A model generated the notes under the pieces. That model was not told the origin of the DNA, did no database searches, and saw nothing but the letters and a program-made list of their open reading frames with translations. The position numbers and the translations under genes were made by a program. A DNA stretch of 64,000 nucleotides from NCBI GenBank assembly GCA_965219085.1, contig OZ244720.1, positions 128,001 through 192,000 on the forward strand, given 5' to 3'. This DNA is from Dehalococcoidia bacterium (GTDB taxonomy: Bacteria; Chloroflexota; Dehalococcoidia; UBA2979). Shown one piece after another: positions 39,955-50,921 of the stretch (positions within the stretch are counted from its first letter, which is position 1; every line of letters begins with the position of its first letter).

Positions 39955-40296
39955 ATGAAGGCCGGAGCAATGCTACGCGAAGCCTATCAGGAGTACCTCG
40001 AAGGCAAGCGCTCGCTCGATGAGGTGCTCGAGCTCGCAGAGCGGATGCGGGAGTCCATCCACGCCAGCCTGCCTCGTACCCCCGAGCCGACCCCCGAGGA
40101 GATCGAGGCCGAGGAGGCGGAGTGGGCACGGATGCGGGCGCGGAGCCGCGCGGCGCCGCTGTGGAAAGCCTACCAGCGCTACCTTGACGGCGAGTGCTCA
40201 CTCGATGACGTGCTCGACCTCGCCGACCGGATGCGCGCCGAGCGGCTCCGCGCCGACGTTCCCGCCGGCGAGGAGACTCAGCGCGTCTCGAACTGA
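39955..40296 (+). CDS. Hypothetical protein with internally duplicated helical motif
   Basis: AYQEYLEGKRSLDEVLELAERMR / AYQRYLDGECSLDDVLDLADRMR; GAGG RBS. Confidence 0.65.
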   Translation: MKAGAMLREAYQEYLEGKRSLDEVLELAERMRESIHASLPRTPEPTPEEIEAEEAEWARMRARSRAAPLWKAYQRYLDGECSLDDVLDLADRMRAERLRADVPAGEETQRVSN

Positions 40297-40478
40297 AGCG
40301 CGGTGAGGTTCAGCCCGGGGGAGCGCTTCGAGAGGCCGAGCAACACGACACCGACTACTTCGTTGGACGCGTTGTAGTCCAGCACGACGCCCGGCGAGAC
40401 CTCCTCGGACTCGACGATGGTCGAGTCGTCGAGCCCCAGGTAGAGGGCGTCGGCCTTCTGGTCCACGCGCAGCTTCAC
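40278..40478 (-). CDS. DUF2283 family protein
   Basis: DQKADALYL..ESEEVSPGVVLDYNASNEVVGV. Confidence 0.8.
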   Translation of the reverse strand: MKLRVDQKADALYLGLDDSTIVESEEVSPGVVLDYNASNEVVGVVLLGLSKRSPGLNLTALQFETR

Positions 40479-40494
40479 AGGGTGAGCCACGGCC

Positions 40495-40741
40495 CTATCC
40501 AAGCAGGCTGACGACCGCAGTTACCGCCGTCACGAGCGCAGCACTCGCGCCGAGGCTCCCGAGCACGATCCCGAACATCCACTTGATGAGACGAGCCTCG
40601 CTGCGCTCGAGCTCGGAGCGCAGGATGTCGCGTGTGACGAACGGGCTCAGCCTCGACGATGCCCTCCGCCTGTCGCTCAGTATGTCCCGCATCCCGCAAC
40701 CTGCGCACCGTGCCATGCGTGTCGAACGTATCCGAGGCCAT
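40495..40741 (-). pseudogene. DUF1640/CCDC90-like protein, frameshifted near 40651
   Basis: FDTHGTVRRLRDAGHTERQAEGIV then, in another frame, VTRDILRSEL..LIKWMFG plus TM. Confidence 0.7.
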
Positions 40742-40809
40742 GACGCACTTGTCCCCTCAAACCATTGTGTGCCGCAGGTGGGAGCGGTTGGCCTGAGCGG
40801 CAGTCTACC

Positions 40810-40929
40810 TCAATACCCCCGCCGCACCTCGAACACCCGCCGGTTCCCCGCCAGGTCCCCGACGCATCTCCGCCTCCCGCCGCCCACCGCCGCCGTCACC
40901 CAGCCGCCGACGACGCCGGACTGGCCGCC
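40810..40929 (-). repeat. Diverged inverted copy of the last 120 bp of prmC (30479-30598)
   Basis: Manual alignment, roughly 85-90% identity including GACCTGGCGGGGAACCGGCGGGTG and the GGGTATTGA stop. Confidence 0.9.
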
Positions 40930-41077
40930 TCGAACAGTGGCAGACCTTGCAGCAACGACCGACGCGGGAATTCCGCCTGACCAACTGCTCTCATTCCGCC
41001 CCGCCACACCGCCACATTGGGTACGCTGGATGTGTGGCTGATCGATATGCAGTCGCAACAACCGAGAGGAGCCGCAG

Positions 41078-42076
41078 ATGGCCATGACCACAGTGCTACC
41101 TCCAGATCGCGCCGACAGGCTCCGGCGCCTGTTACTCATCCTCGGCGGATTGGTCGGGCTGGCGACCGCAGCCTTTCTGCTGAGCAGCCAGCCCACGATC
41201 GACTTCCTGCGCGAGGGCCCCGCCCGCCTCCTGCCCTTCAAGGGCGACGCAGCACGCCTGGTGCTCGGCATCGGCGCGGGCATCGCGTCGATCGTCGGGG
41301 TGGCCGCGCTCTGGCGCGGCGTGACGATCACCTCACTGATCGTGGCGGCGATCGCGCTGGGCGCGGGGTTCTCGCTCGTCCACGTCGTGTTCACGCCGAC
41401 GCTCGGCCTCGTCGTGCTCGCCGTGGTCGTCGACCTCGCCGGCAGCGTCCAGCGCGCCCAACTGGCCGAGTTGGGACCGCGCCGGTACCCCGCTCGCTGG
41501 GCCGCGGGCGCGGTCGTGGGCGTGATCGGGCTGGTCGCGTTCGCCGCGATCTCGTGGTGGCTTGCCTCGCCCCTGTTCGACGAGGGCGAGCGCGTCGAGG
41601 AGGGCCTCGGCTTCCAGGTCGCCGGGATGCCTGCGACCGCGACCCCAACGCAGACGCCCGCCACCGCCGAGGCGAGCGACGACGCGACGGCCACACCCGC
41701 CGCGGCCACCACGACCCCGGACGCGGCGCAGTCCAGCGGCACCGGCGAGTTGATCGCGATGGGCGATCTCGAGGGCTCCGACTCGTTCCACACGGCGAGC
41801 GGTCAGGTGCTCCTCGTGCGCAGCCCGGAGGGCGACCTGGTTCTGCGCTTCCAGGACTTCGAGGTGCGCAACGGGCCGGACCTGTTCATCTACCTCACGC
41901 CCGACCCGGACGGTGATGTGCACGTCGACGGCGCCATCAACCTGAGTGAGATCAAGGCCACGAGCGGATCCGTCAACTACGAGGTGCCCGCGGACGTGGA
42001 CGTGGAGTCGTTCCGCTCCGCCGTCGTGTACTGCAAGGCGTTCTCGGTGATCTTCGCCACCGCCGACCTGCAGTAG
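41078..42076 (+). CDS. Membrane protein with C-terminal DM13 domain
   Basis: Several TM segments, Thr/Ala linker, HTASGQV..NGPDLFIYL..VVYCKAFSVIFA. Confidence 0.8.
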   Translation: MAMTTVLPPDRADRLRRLLLILGGLVGLATAAFLLSSQPTIDFLREGPARLLPFKGDAARLVLGIGAGIASIVGVAALWRGVTITSLIVAAIALGAGFSLVHVVFTPTLGLVVLAVVVDLAGSVQRAQLAELGPRRYPARWAAGAVVGVIGLVAFAAISWWLASPLFDEGERVEEGLGFQVAGMPATATPTQTPATAEASDDATATPAAATTTPDAAQSSGTGELIAMGDLEGSDSFHTASGQVLLVRSPEGDLVLRFQDFEVRNGPDLFIYLTPDPDGDVHVDGAINLSEIKATSGSVNYEVPADVDVESFRSAVVYCKAFSVIFATADLQ

Positions 42077-42099
42077 CGGCAACAGTACAGCCGCAGCAC

Positions 42100-42130
42100 C
42101 ATCGAGGCGGGCCCCAGGCCCGCCTCGATG
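42100..42130. terminator. Hairpin between convergent genes
   Basis: CATCGAGGCGGGCC-CCA-GGCCCGCCTCGATG, 14-bp perfect stem. Confidence 0.65.
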
Positions 42131-42153
42131 CGTGTGTGCCGGGGTGGTCGGGG

Positions 42154-42570
42154 TTACTCGCTCTTCGTCTCCGAGCGCTCGGCGAGCCTGCGGCCGCGCG
42201 ACTTGGAGCCCCTGGCGCGCTCGCGCACCTCGAGGGGCGGCGGGGCGCCGGCCGCGATCTCCTCGGGCGTGAGCTGCGTGCTCGCACGCCGCACTTTGTC
42301 CTCCTTGACGAGGAACGGCTCGATCTTCTTGAGGTCGCTGCTCGTCATGGGCTTCGTCGACTGGCCCTTGGTGGTCCAGAACAGGCCCTGGTCGGGGATA
42401 CGGCGCGGCATGCCGCCTCGTATTGTGAAGGCGTGGACCTGCGTCGGCATGAGGCGCTCGCCGTCGCCGTCGCAGACGGGACAGGGTTGCGAGTCCGAGG
42501 ACCGGCTGACCGGCCGGATCAACTCGAAGATGCCGTCGCAGGGTTCGCAGTAGTACTCGTACAGCGGCAT
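42154..42570 (-). CDS. FmdB-family zinc ribbon protein
   Basis: MPLYEYYCEPC..FE..CPVC. Confidence 0.85.
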   Translation of the reverse strand: MPLYEYYCEPCDGIFELIRPVSRSSDSQPCPVCDGDGERLMPTQVHAFTIRGGMPRRIPDQGLFWTTKGQSTKPMTSSDLKKIEPFLVKEDKVRRASTQLTPEEIAAGAPPPLEVRERARGSKSRGRRLAERSETKSE

Positions 42571-42600
42571 GGTGCCTCAGCTCCCCATATGCCCCGAAGC

Positions 42601-43446
42601 CTAGAGTGACTGTCGCTGAGTATACGTTACGTCGTCGGCAAGAGATTCCACTGCGTCCGCCGCCTCCCCGGTCTCGTCCGGGCGGGTGTGTCGCACCGCG
42701 GCGAGGAAGCGCGCGCTGCCGAGGTCGCGCTCGGCCATGGCGCGCACGAGGTCGTGCATGACGCCCTCCATGCCGGCGGCGACGCGCTGGTTGAGCCGCA
42801 CGCGTGCGGCCTCCTCGTACGGCGCGTCCTGGATCAGCCGCAGCACCTTCACGACCAACACGTCGATCGGCTCCGCCTCGGGGTGCGACTCGCGGCAGCG
42901 CTCGCAGAGCAGCCCGCCAGCCAGCGGCGACCACACAAGGCGGTCCGCGGTCACGTCGCTGCGACACGCGGCGCAGCGCTGCCACTCGGGGCGGAACCCC
43001 GTCGCTTCGAGCAGCGCGAGCTCGAAGCTGCGCACGAGCAGTTGCTGGCCGTCGCCGCGCAGCAGGCGCAGCAGCGCGGTCAGGAGCAGCACGTACGCGG
43101 CGTCCGCCTCGGCCTCCTCGACGGTGAAGCGGTCGGCGAGTTCGAGCAGATAGAGCCCGGCGCTGAGCCGTTCGAGGTCGTCGCGCAGCGCCGCGAACGG
43201 CTCGATCGTCTGCGCCTGCGTCACGATCCCGAGCGTGCGCCCGTGCGCCAGCACCACCTCGACGTGCGTCATCGGCTCGAGGTGGCCCCCGAGCTTGCTG
43301 CGCGGCCGCAGCGCGCCCTTCGCCACCGCTTCCAGTTTGCCGCGCGCGGGGGTGAGCAGCGTGACGATGCGGTCCGAGTCGCCGAAGCGGCGGCGCTTCA
43401 GCACGACCGCCTCGGTCTTGGTTACGCGCGGGACGCGGGCGGGCAT
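42601..43446 (-). CDS. recO: DNA repair protein RecO
   Basis: EAVVLK..GDSDRIVTLLT..AKGA..SKLGGHLEP, CAAC..CERC. Confidence 0.92.
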   Translation of the reverse strand: MPARVPRVTKTEAVVLKRRRFGDSDRIVTLLTPARGKLEAVAKGALRPRSKLGGHLEPMTHVEVVLAHGRTLGIVTQAQTIEPFAALRDDLERLSAGLYLLELADRFTVEEAEADAAYVLLLTALLRLLRGDGQQLLVRSFELALLEATGFRPEWQRCAACRSDVTADRLVWSPLAGGLLCERCRESHPEAEPIDVLVVKVLRLIQDAPYEEAARVRLNQRVAAGMEGVMHDLVRAMAERDLGSARFLAAVRHTRPDETGEAADAVESLADDVTYTQRQSL

Positions 43447-43451
43447 CGTGT

Positions 43452-44081
43452 CTACTCGACCGACTGCCGGAAGGTGAGCGCCCGTTCGAGCGTGACGTTG
43501 TCGACGTACTCGAGGTCGGCGCCGGCGGGCAGCCCCCGCGCGAGCCGCGTCACGCGCAACCCCAGCGGCTCCAGCAACCGCGCGAGGTACATCGCCGTCG
43601 CCTCGCCCTCGAGGTTCGGGTTGGTGGCGACGATCACCTCCGACACGGTATCCGTGTCATCGCCGCCCTCGGCGCCCAGGCGGGCGAGCAACTCGGAGAT
43701 CTTGAGATCCTCGGGCCCCACGCCGTCGGCGGGTGAGATGACGCCGTGCAGCACGTGGTACAGGCCGTGGTAGCCGTTCGTGCGCTCGATGGCGACGAGG
43801 TCGAGCGGCTCCTCGACGACGCAGATCATGGTGGGGTCGCGCTGGGAGTCGTCGCAGATCGCGCACGGGTCGGTGTCGCTGATCTGCTGGCAGGACGCGC
43901 ACAGCACGGCGCGCTGTTTCACGTCGAGCAGCGCCTCGGCGAGGGCGCGCGCCTCCGCCTCGGGCGCGCGCAGCACGTGGTAGGCGAGGCGTTGCGCCGA
44001 CTTCGGCCCGATGCCCGGCAGGCGGTGAAACGACTCGACGAGGCGAGTGATGGCCGAAGAGCCGTGCGGCGACTCGTTCAC
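43452..44081 (-). CDS. recR: Recombination protein RecR
   Basis: LPGIGPKSAQRLA, C4 zinc finger, ATNPNLEGEAT. Confidence 0.96.
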   Translation of the reverse strand: MNESPHGSSAITRLVESFHRLPGIGPKSAQRLAYHVLRAPEAEARALAEALLDVKQRAVLCASCQQISDTDPCAICDDSQRDPTMICVVEEPLDLVAIERTNGYHGLYHVLHGVISPADGVGPEDLKISELLARLGAEGGDDTDTVSEVIVATNPNLEGEATAMYLARLLEPLGLRVTRLARGLPAGADLEYVDNVTLERALTFRQSVE

Positions 44082-44117
44082 GGGACCGATCCCCGAGGGT
44101 GGGCGGCGCGCAGCGGT

Positions 44118-45899
<1,782 letters not shown>

Positions 45900-46015
45900 G
45901 GATACCCCAGGACCCGTCGGAGGAGCGCGACGGGGCCGCATGGCGCAGTGTACCAGCGGCGCGATGCGCCCGCCCCCGCCGGGGGCGTTCACGGGCCGCC
46001 GAAACGGGTGGGAGG

Positions 46016-46306
46016 TTACATGGAAGCGAGAATGGCGGTCGAGATCGCCATCGCTGCGAGGATGAGCGCGGTCGCGGTCGCGATCATGGCCCCTACCCGA
46101 ACGTTCACGTAGTGCTTCAACCGCTCCTCAAGGCGCTCCATCTGCTCTTCGAAGCGTTCTTCGAGGCGATCCAGGTCTTCCTTTGTTGCGACGCGCGGAG
46201 CCATATCGTCAGCGAACGCACCGACGATGGCCTCCGCTTGCCGCTCGTTGAAGCCGCCCTCGTCGCGGAGGCGCTGAGATGCCCTCAATGTGTCAAACAT
46301 CGCCAT
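46016..46306 (-). CDS. DUF1640/CCDC90-like coiled-coil membrane protein, copy A
   Basis: FDTLRASQRL..GFNERQAEAI..ATKEDL, coiled coil, C-terminal TM. Confidence 0.78.
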   Translation of the reverse strand: MAMFDTLRASQRLRDEGGFNERQAEAIVGAFADDMAPRVATKEDLDRLEERFEEQMERLEERLKHYVNVRVGAMIATATALILAAMAISTAILASM

Positions 46307-46340
46307 GCCCCGATGCTAGTGAACGGCGTCACAATTTGCA

Positions 46341-46456
46341 ATCAGCGAACGTGATCTTCCTGGCCGTGGCCGCCCGCGGCGTGGATGCCGGGGCCGAGCA
46401 TGGCTTCCTCGCGCTCGCCCATCACGAGGGCGTCCGAGGCGTCCTCGTGGTCGTAG
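46341..46456 (-). repeat. Exact 116-bp copy of the ybeY 3' end (46781-46896)
   Basis: Base-by-base identical by manual comparison. Confidence 0.95.
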
Positions 46457-46487
46457 GGCTCCGCAGACGGCCGAGGAGAGGGGGAGG

Positions 46488-46745
46488 CTAGCTGGAAGCG
46501 AGAATGGCGGTCGAGATAGCCATGGCCGCGAGGATGAGCGCGGTCGCTGCCGCGATCATGGCCCCTACCCGAACGTTCACGTGGTGCTTCAGACGCTCCT
46601 CGAGGTGATCGAGGTCTTCCTTCGTAGCAAGGCGCAGAGCCATGTCCTCAGCGAACGCGCCGGCAATTGCCTGCGCCTGCCGCTCGTTGAAGCCGCCCTC
46701 GTCGCGCAGGCGCTGGGATGCCCTCAATGTGTCAAACATCGCCAT
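46488..46745 (-). CDS. DUF1640/CCDC90-like protein, copy B
   Basis: Paralog of copy A lacking 11 aa of coiled coil. Confidence 0.78.
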   Translation of the reverse strand: MAMFDTLRASQRLRDEGGFNERQAQAIAGAFAEDMALRLATKEDLDHLEERLKHHVNVRVGAMIAAATALILAAMAISTAILASS

Positions 46746-46781
46746 GCCCCGATGCTAGTGAACGATGTCACAATCTGCAAA

Positions 46782-47270
46782 TCAGCGAACGTGATCTTCC
46801 TGGCCGTGGCCGCCCGCGGCGTGGATGCCGGGGCCGAGCATGGCTTCCTCGCGCTCGCCCATCACGAGGGCGTCCGAGGCGTCCTCGTGGTCGTAGCCGA
46901 GGAGGTGGAGCAGCGCGTGCAGCACCACGTGACGGAGCTCCTCGTCGAACGTCAGCCCGGCGTCGGCCGCCTGTCGCCGCACGATCCCGACCGAGACTGC
47001 GATGTCGCCGAGGTACGGCAGCTCCTCGTCGTCGCCGATGGGGAACACGTCGCCGGCGGCGGCGGGGAACGCGAGCACGTCGGTCAGCATATCGAGGCCG
47101 CGGTGCTCGCGGTTGAGGCGGAACAGCATCTCGTCGCCGGCGAGCAGCAGCGACACCGCGGCGTCCTCGACGCCGTCGGCTACGAGCGCTTGCTCGACGA
47201 AGGTGACGAGGGGGTCGGGGTCGACGGTGCGCGCGATGCCGTCGAGCTCGATCGAGATCTCGTAGGTCAT
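46782..47270 (-). CDS. ybeY: rRNA maturation RNase YbeY
   Basis: LNREHRG..TDVLAF, LGDI, HALLHLLGYDH. Confidence 0.93.
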   Translation of the reverse strand: MTYEISIELDGIARTVDPDPLVTFVEQALVADGVEDAAVSLLLAGDEMLFRLNREHRGLDMLTDVLAFPAAAGDVFPIGDDEELPYLGDIAVSVGIVRRQAADAGLTFDEELRHVVLHALLHLLGYDHEDASDALVMGEREEAMLGPGIHAAGGHGQEDHVR

Positions 47271-47478
47271 GGAGTGAAGGTACGCGATGATCAAGGCAGG
47301 GGCAGCAGCACCAGATCCAGTGCGAGCCTCCGTGATTCATAACGTGATTTGATTATTGCTACTATGGGTTCGATACTTCCACCGCGAGTGAGCGCTTCGG
47401 CTTCATGGGTGCCCTGCGCGCCAGCATCGAGGCGGCAGCCGCGAACCACGAGGCCGCCGAGCGCGAGGTGGTGCCAAC

Positions 47479-47841
47479 GTGACCCCAATTTATCGCTGGC
47501 TGGGCGTCATTGCGGTCGTAGCCGGTACCGTAATCTACTTCGCCACCGGCGGCGGAGACGGTCCGATAAGCTTCCTCGCCCGGGAATTGCTAGGCGTGAC
47601 CGAGCCAACCCCGACGCCAGCCGATGTGGTCGGTGCCAAGATTGGGATCGCGTTCACTGAGATCGAAGCCTGCGACTTCATGACCGGGGTCATGACAGCG
47701 GCCCTAGATCGCCATGGGGGCGACGTGGATCGCGCCTTCGGGTCCGTCGTGGCGACCTTCGCGCTAGACGGGGTCACCAGACCCGAACTGCTCGCAGTGA
47801 TGAACCGCTGCATCGAGTTGGGGGAGTGGGTTCTACCATAA
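47479..47841 (+). CDS. Hypothetical exported/membrane-anchored protein
   Basis: N-terminal TM, PTPTP linker, two Cys; opposite strand to neighbours. Confidence 0.5.
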   Translation: MTPIYRWLGVIAVVAGTVIYFATGGGDGPISFLARELLGVTEPTPTPADVVGAKIGIAFTEIEACDFMTGVMTAALDRHGGDVDRAFGSVVATFALDGVTRPELLAVMNRCIELGEWVLP

Positions 47842-47979
47842 CCTCGATCATTGAGCCTATCGAGGAGGTCAGTCCGGCGCGATCGCCCCCGGCGATGATA
47901 ACCGAGGCATTCGACTGACCTAGCACGGGACCGGTGAGCCCGCGGCGCGAGGTGTGGCGAGGAGCCTCTGTTGCGAGGG

Positions 47980-49443
47980 CTACAGCAGGTTCTCGGCTGC
48001 CCGCTGCGCCGCCTGTAGCAGCGGCGCCGGCCACAGGCCGAAGAACAGCACGCCGAGGGCGGCGAGGCCGAGCAGGCCCTGCACCGGCGTCGACGCGCGG
48101 AACGGCGTCTCGTCCACGGGCTCGTCGAGCACCATCGTGCGCGCCCACCGCAGGTAGTAGAAGGCCGACACCGCCGAGTTGAGCACCGCGACCGCGACGA
48201 GCACGACCATCCAGTCGAGGCCCGTCTGCACCGCGCTGTTGAACACGTACAGCTTCGCGAAGAACCCCGCCGTCGGGGGGATGCCGGTCAGCGAGAGCAA
48301 GCACAGCAGCAACACCACCGCCACCGCGGGCGAGCGCCGCAGCAGTCCCGCGTAGTCGGCGAGCCGCTCGGAGCCGATGCGCTCCGAGACCACGATCACG
48401 CACAAGAACGCGCCGAGGTTCGTCGCCGCGTAGGTGGCGAGGAAGAACAGCACCGCCGACGGCCCCGCCGCACCGCTCGCAGCAACCGCCGCGAGCCCGA
48501 CCGCGACGTTGCCGGCCTGGGCGATCGAGGAGTAGGCGAGCAGCCGCTTCACGTTCGTCTGGAGGATCGCGGCGGCATTCCCGAACGTCATCGACACGCC
48601 GGCGAGGACGGCGAAGAGGGCCGCCCAGTGATCGGCGATGAACGTCCCGTCGCCGCCGAGGCCCGTGTAGAAGAGGCGCAGCGCGATCGCGAACCCCGCG
48701 GCCTTCGAGGCCACCGACAGGAAGCTCGTGACCGTCGTCGGCGCGCCCTCGTAGACGTCGGGGACCCACGCCTGGAATGGCGCGATCGACATCTTGAAGC
48801 CGAGCCCGGCCGCCACGAGGACGAAGCCGAAGATCAGCGCGAGTTCGGTGCCCTGCGAGCCCGCGGCGACGAAGGTGGCGATGCCGGCCAGCGAGGTGGT
48901 CCCGGACAGTCCGAACAGGAACGCGAACCCGTAGAGCAGCACGGCCGCCGCCACGGCCCCGGCGAGCAGGTACTTCAGCCCCGCCTCCGACGACCGGTCA
49001 TCGCGGGCGATCCCGGCGAGCACGAACTGCGAGATGGAGGTGGTCTCCAGGAACACGAAGATCGCGATCAGGTCCTGCGCCTGCGCCAGCAGCACCATCG
49101 AGCCCGCCGAGGTGAGCAGGAGGGCGAAGAACTCGGGGCGCGGCTCGACGCGCGAGAGCCCCTCGGCGGTCGCGATCACGACCGCGGCGGTGACGCCGAT
49201 CAGCAGGAATGTGAAGAACAGTGCGAACTCGTCGACCACGACCGCGCCGGCGACGGCCGGCCCGCTCGTCCCCGTGATGACCTGCAAGATCGCCCACAGG
49301 AAGCCCGCGAGGAGGGAGAGCAGCGTCAGCGTCAGGACGGGCGCGCGCCCTGGCCGGATCAGGTCGGCGCCCATGACCACGCCCGCGCCGAGCAGCAGCG
49401 CGAACGCCGGGCCGATGTAGTGGATCTGGTCGAACCAGTTCAT
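47980..49443 (-). CDS. nuoN: NADH-quinone oxidoreductase subunit N
   Basis: EAGLKY, FKMSIAPFQAWVPDVYEGAP, KRLLAYSSIAQAG. Confidence 0.93.
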   Translation of the reverse strand: MNWFDQIHYIGPAFALLLGAGVVMGADLIRPGRAPVLTLTLLSLLAGFLWAILQVITGTSGPAVAGAVVVDEFALFFTFLLIGVTAAVVIATAEGLSRVEPRPEFFALLLTSAGSMVLLAQAQDLIAIFVFLETTSISQFVLAGIARDDRSSEAGLKYLLAGAVAAAVLLYGFAFLFGLSGTTSLAGIATFVAAGSQGTELALIFGFVLVAAGLGFKMSIAPFQAWVPDVYEGAPTTVTSFLSVASKAAGFAIALRLFYTGLGGDGTFIADHWAALFAVLAGVSMTFGNAAAILQTNVKRLLAYSSIAQAGNVAVGLAAVAASGAAGPSAVLFFLATYAATNLGAFLCVIVVSERIGSERLADYAGLLRRSPAVAVVLLLCLLSLTGIPPTAGFFAKLYVFNSAVQTGLDWMVVLVAVAVLNSAVSAFYYLRWARTMVLDEPVDETPFRASTPVQGLLGLAALGVLFFGLWPAPLLQAAQRAAENLL

Positions 49444-50921
49444 ACGGCCGCCTGTACCAGCAGCGCGACGATGGGCTCGACGCCGCTCTCAACCACATCG
49501 GTGAGCAGTCGCGGGTAGACGCCGACGCCGACGATGAAGATGAGCATGGCGGCCATCGCCGCGTACTCCCACCACTGGTCCGCGTCGGTGAGCCCGGTCC
49601 AGCGCTCGTCGGGCGGCCCCATGAAGACCCGCTGGACGGCCCAGAGGATGTAGCCCGCGGCGAGCACGACCCCGAAGACCGCGAGGATCGTCGCGGCCGG
49701 GTGCACCTGCAGCGTGCCCGCAAACACGGTGAACTCGGCGACGAACCCGCTCAGCGCCGGCAGCCCGAGCGACGCGAGGCCAGCGACGATCATGACCACG
49801 CCGAGGATCGGCATGCGGTGCAGCAGTCCGCTCATGTCGGCGATCTGCCGCGTGTGCGTACGGTCGTAGATGAGCCCGACGACGATGAAGAGCAGGCCGG
49901 TGATCGTGCCGTGCGTGAACATCTGGAGCGCCGCGCCCGACAGTCCGACGGCCCCCAGCGCCGAGACGCCGAGCAGCACGTACCCCATGTGCGACACAGA
50001 CGAGTACGCCACGAGTCGCTTCAGGTCCTTCTGCTGGAGCGTGAGGATCGCGCCCCAGATCACGGACGCGACCGCGATGATGGCGAGGATGACACCGAAG
50101 TCGCGCGCCTGCTCCGGCATGATCGGCAGCGCGATGCGCAGGATGCCGTAGCCGCCCATCTTCAGCAGCACGCCGGCCAGCATCACCGACACCGCCGTCG
50201 GCGCGTCGGTGTGGGCGTCGGGCAGCCAGGTGTGCAGTGGGACGACCGGCAACTTCACGAGGAACGCCGCCATGACCAGCCAGAACACGATCGAGAGCGG
50301 GATCACGGCATCCGCCGGCCGGCCCGCCTCGGTGGCGAGCACGGCGATGTCGAACGTCCCGGCCGTGAGCCCGAGCACGAGGAAGCCGACGAGCATGAAC
50401 GCCGAGCCGCCCATGGTGAAGAGCAGGAACTTCATCGCGCTGTAGCGCGGCCGTCCCGATCCCCAGACCGAGATGAGCATGTACATCGGGAGCAACTCGA
50501 GTTCCCAGAAAAAGAAGAACTGGATGAGGTCGAGCGAGAGGAAGACGCCGGCCACGGCCGTCTCGAGCACGAGCAGCCACGCGAAGTACTGCTTGCGCCG
50601 CAGCTCGATGTTCCACGACACGAGCACGGCGGCCAGCGAGAGCAGGCCGGTGAGCAGCACCAGCGGCGCCGACAGCCCATCGACGCCGAGCGCGTACTGC
50701 ACCGTGAACCCGGTGTCGGCCCCCTGGATCCACTCGAAGCGGTCGACGAACTGGTAGCCCGGGTTGTCCGGGTCGAAGCGAATGAAGATCGCGATCGAGA
50801 GGATGAACGTCAGGGCGCTGTAGAACAGCGCGACCCAGCGTGCGTCGCCCTCGCGCTCACGCGGGAGCGTCAGCAGCGTGAGGGCTCCGACGAGCGGCAG
50901 CAGCAGGAACACCGACAGCAT
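49440..50921 (-). CDS. nuoM: NADH-quinone oxidoreductase subunit M
   Basis: GVDGLS, FFWE, KLPVVPLHTWLPDAH, LLKMGGYG. Confidence 0.94.
   Translation of the reverse strand: MLSVFLLLPLVGALTLLTLPREREGDARWVALFYSALTFILSIAIFIRFDPDNPGYQFVDRFEWIQGADTGFTVQYALGVDGLSAPLVLLTGLLSLAAVLVSWNIELRRKQYFAWLLVLETAVAGVFLSLDLIQFFFFWELELLPMYMLISVWGSGRPRYSAMKFLLFTMGGSAFMLVGFLVLGLTAGTFDIAVLATEAGRPADAVIPLSIVFWLVMAAFLVKLPVVPLHTWLPDAHTDAPTAVSVMLAGVLLKMGGYGILRIALPIMPEQARDFGVILAIIAVASVIWGAILTLQQKDLKRLVAYSSVSHMGYVLLGVSALGAVGLSGAALQMFTHGTITGLLFIVVGLIYDRTHTRQIADMSGLLHRMPILGVVMIVAGLASLGLPALSGFVAEFTVFAGTLQVHPAATILAVFGVVLAAGYILWAVQRVFMGPPDERWTGLTDADQWWEYAAMAAMLIFIVGVGVYPRLLTDVVESGVEPIVALLVQAAV

Larger units (their letters stand above)
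38137..39958 (+). pseudogene. ~107-aa Cys/His hypothetical gene broken by a 1-bp insertion and IS110
   Basis: Removing the IS joins ..NLAGDL|FVDGLANAG.. in frame to a TGA overlapping ATG 39955; TGC-TATACT promoter at 38113-38121. Confidence 0.55.

Noticed and set aside
40810-41793. 327-aa minus-strand ORF ending like PrmC
   Set aside because: Antisense to the DM13 gene; only its last 120 bp are the prmC copy
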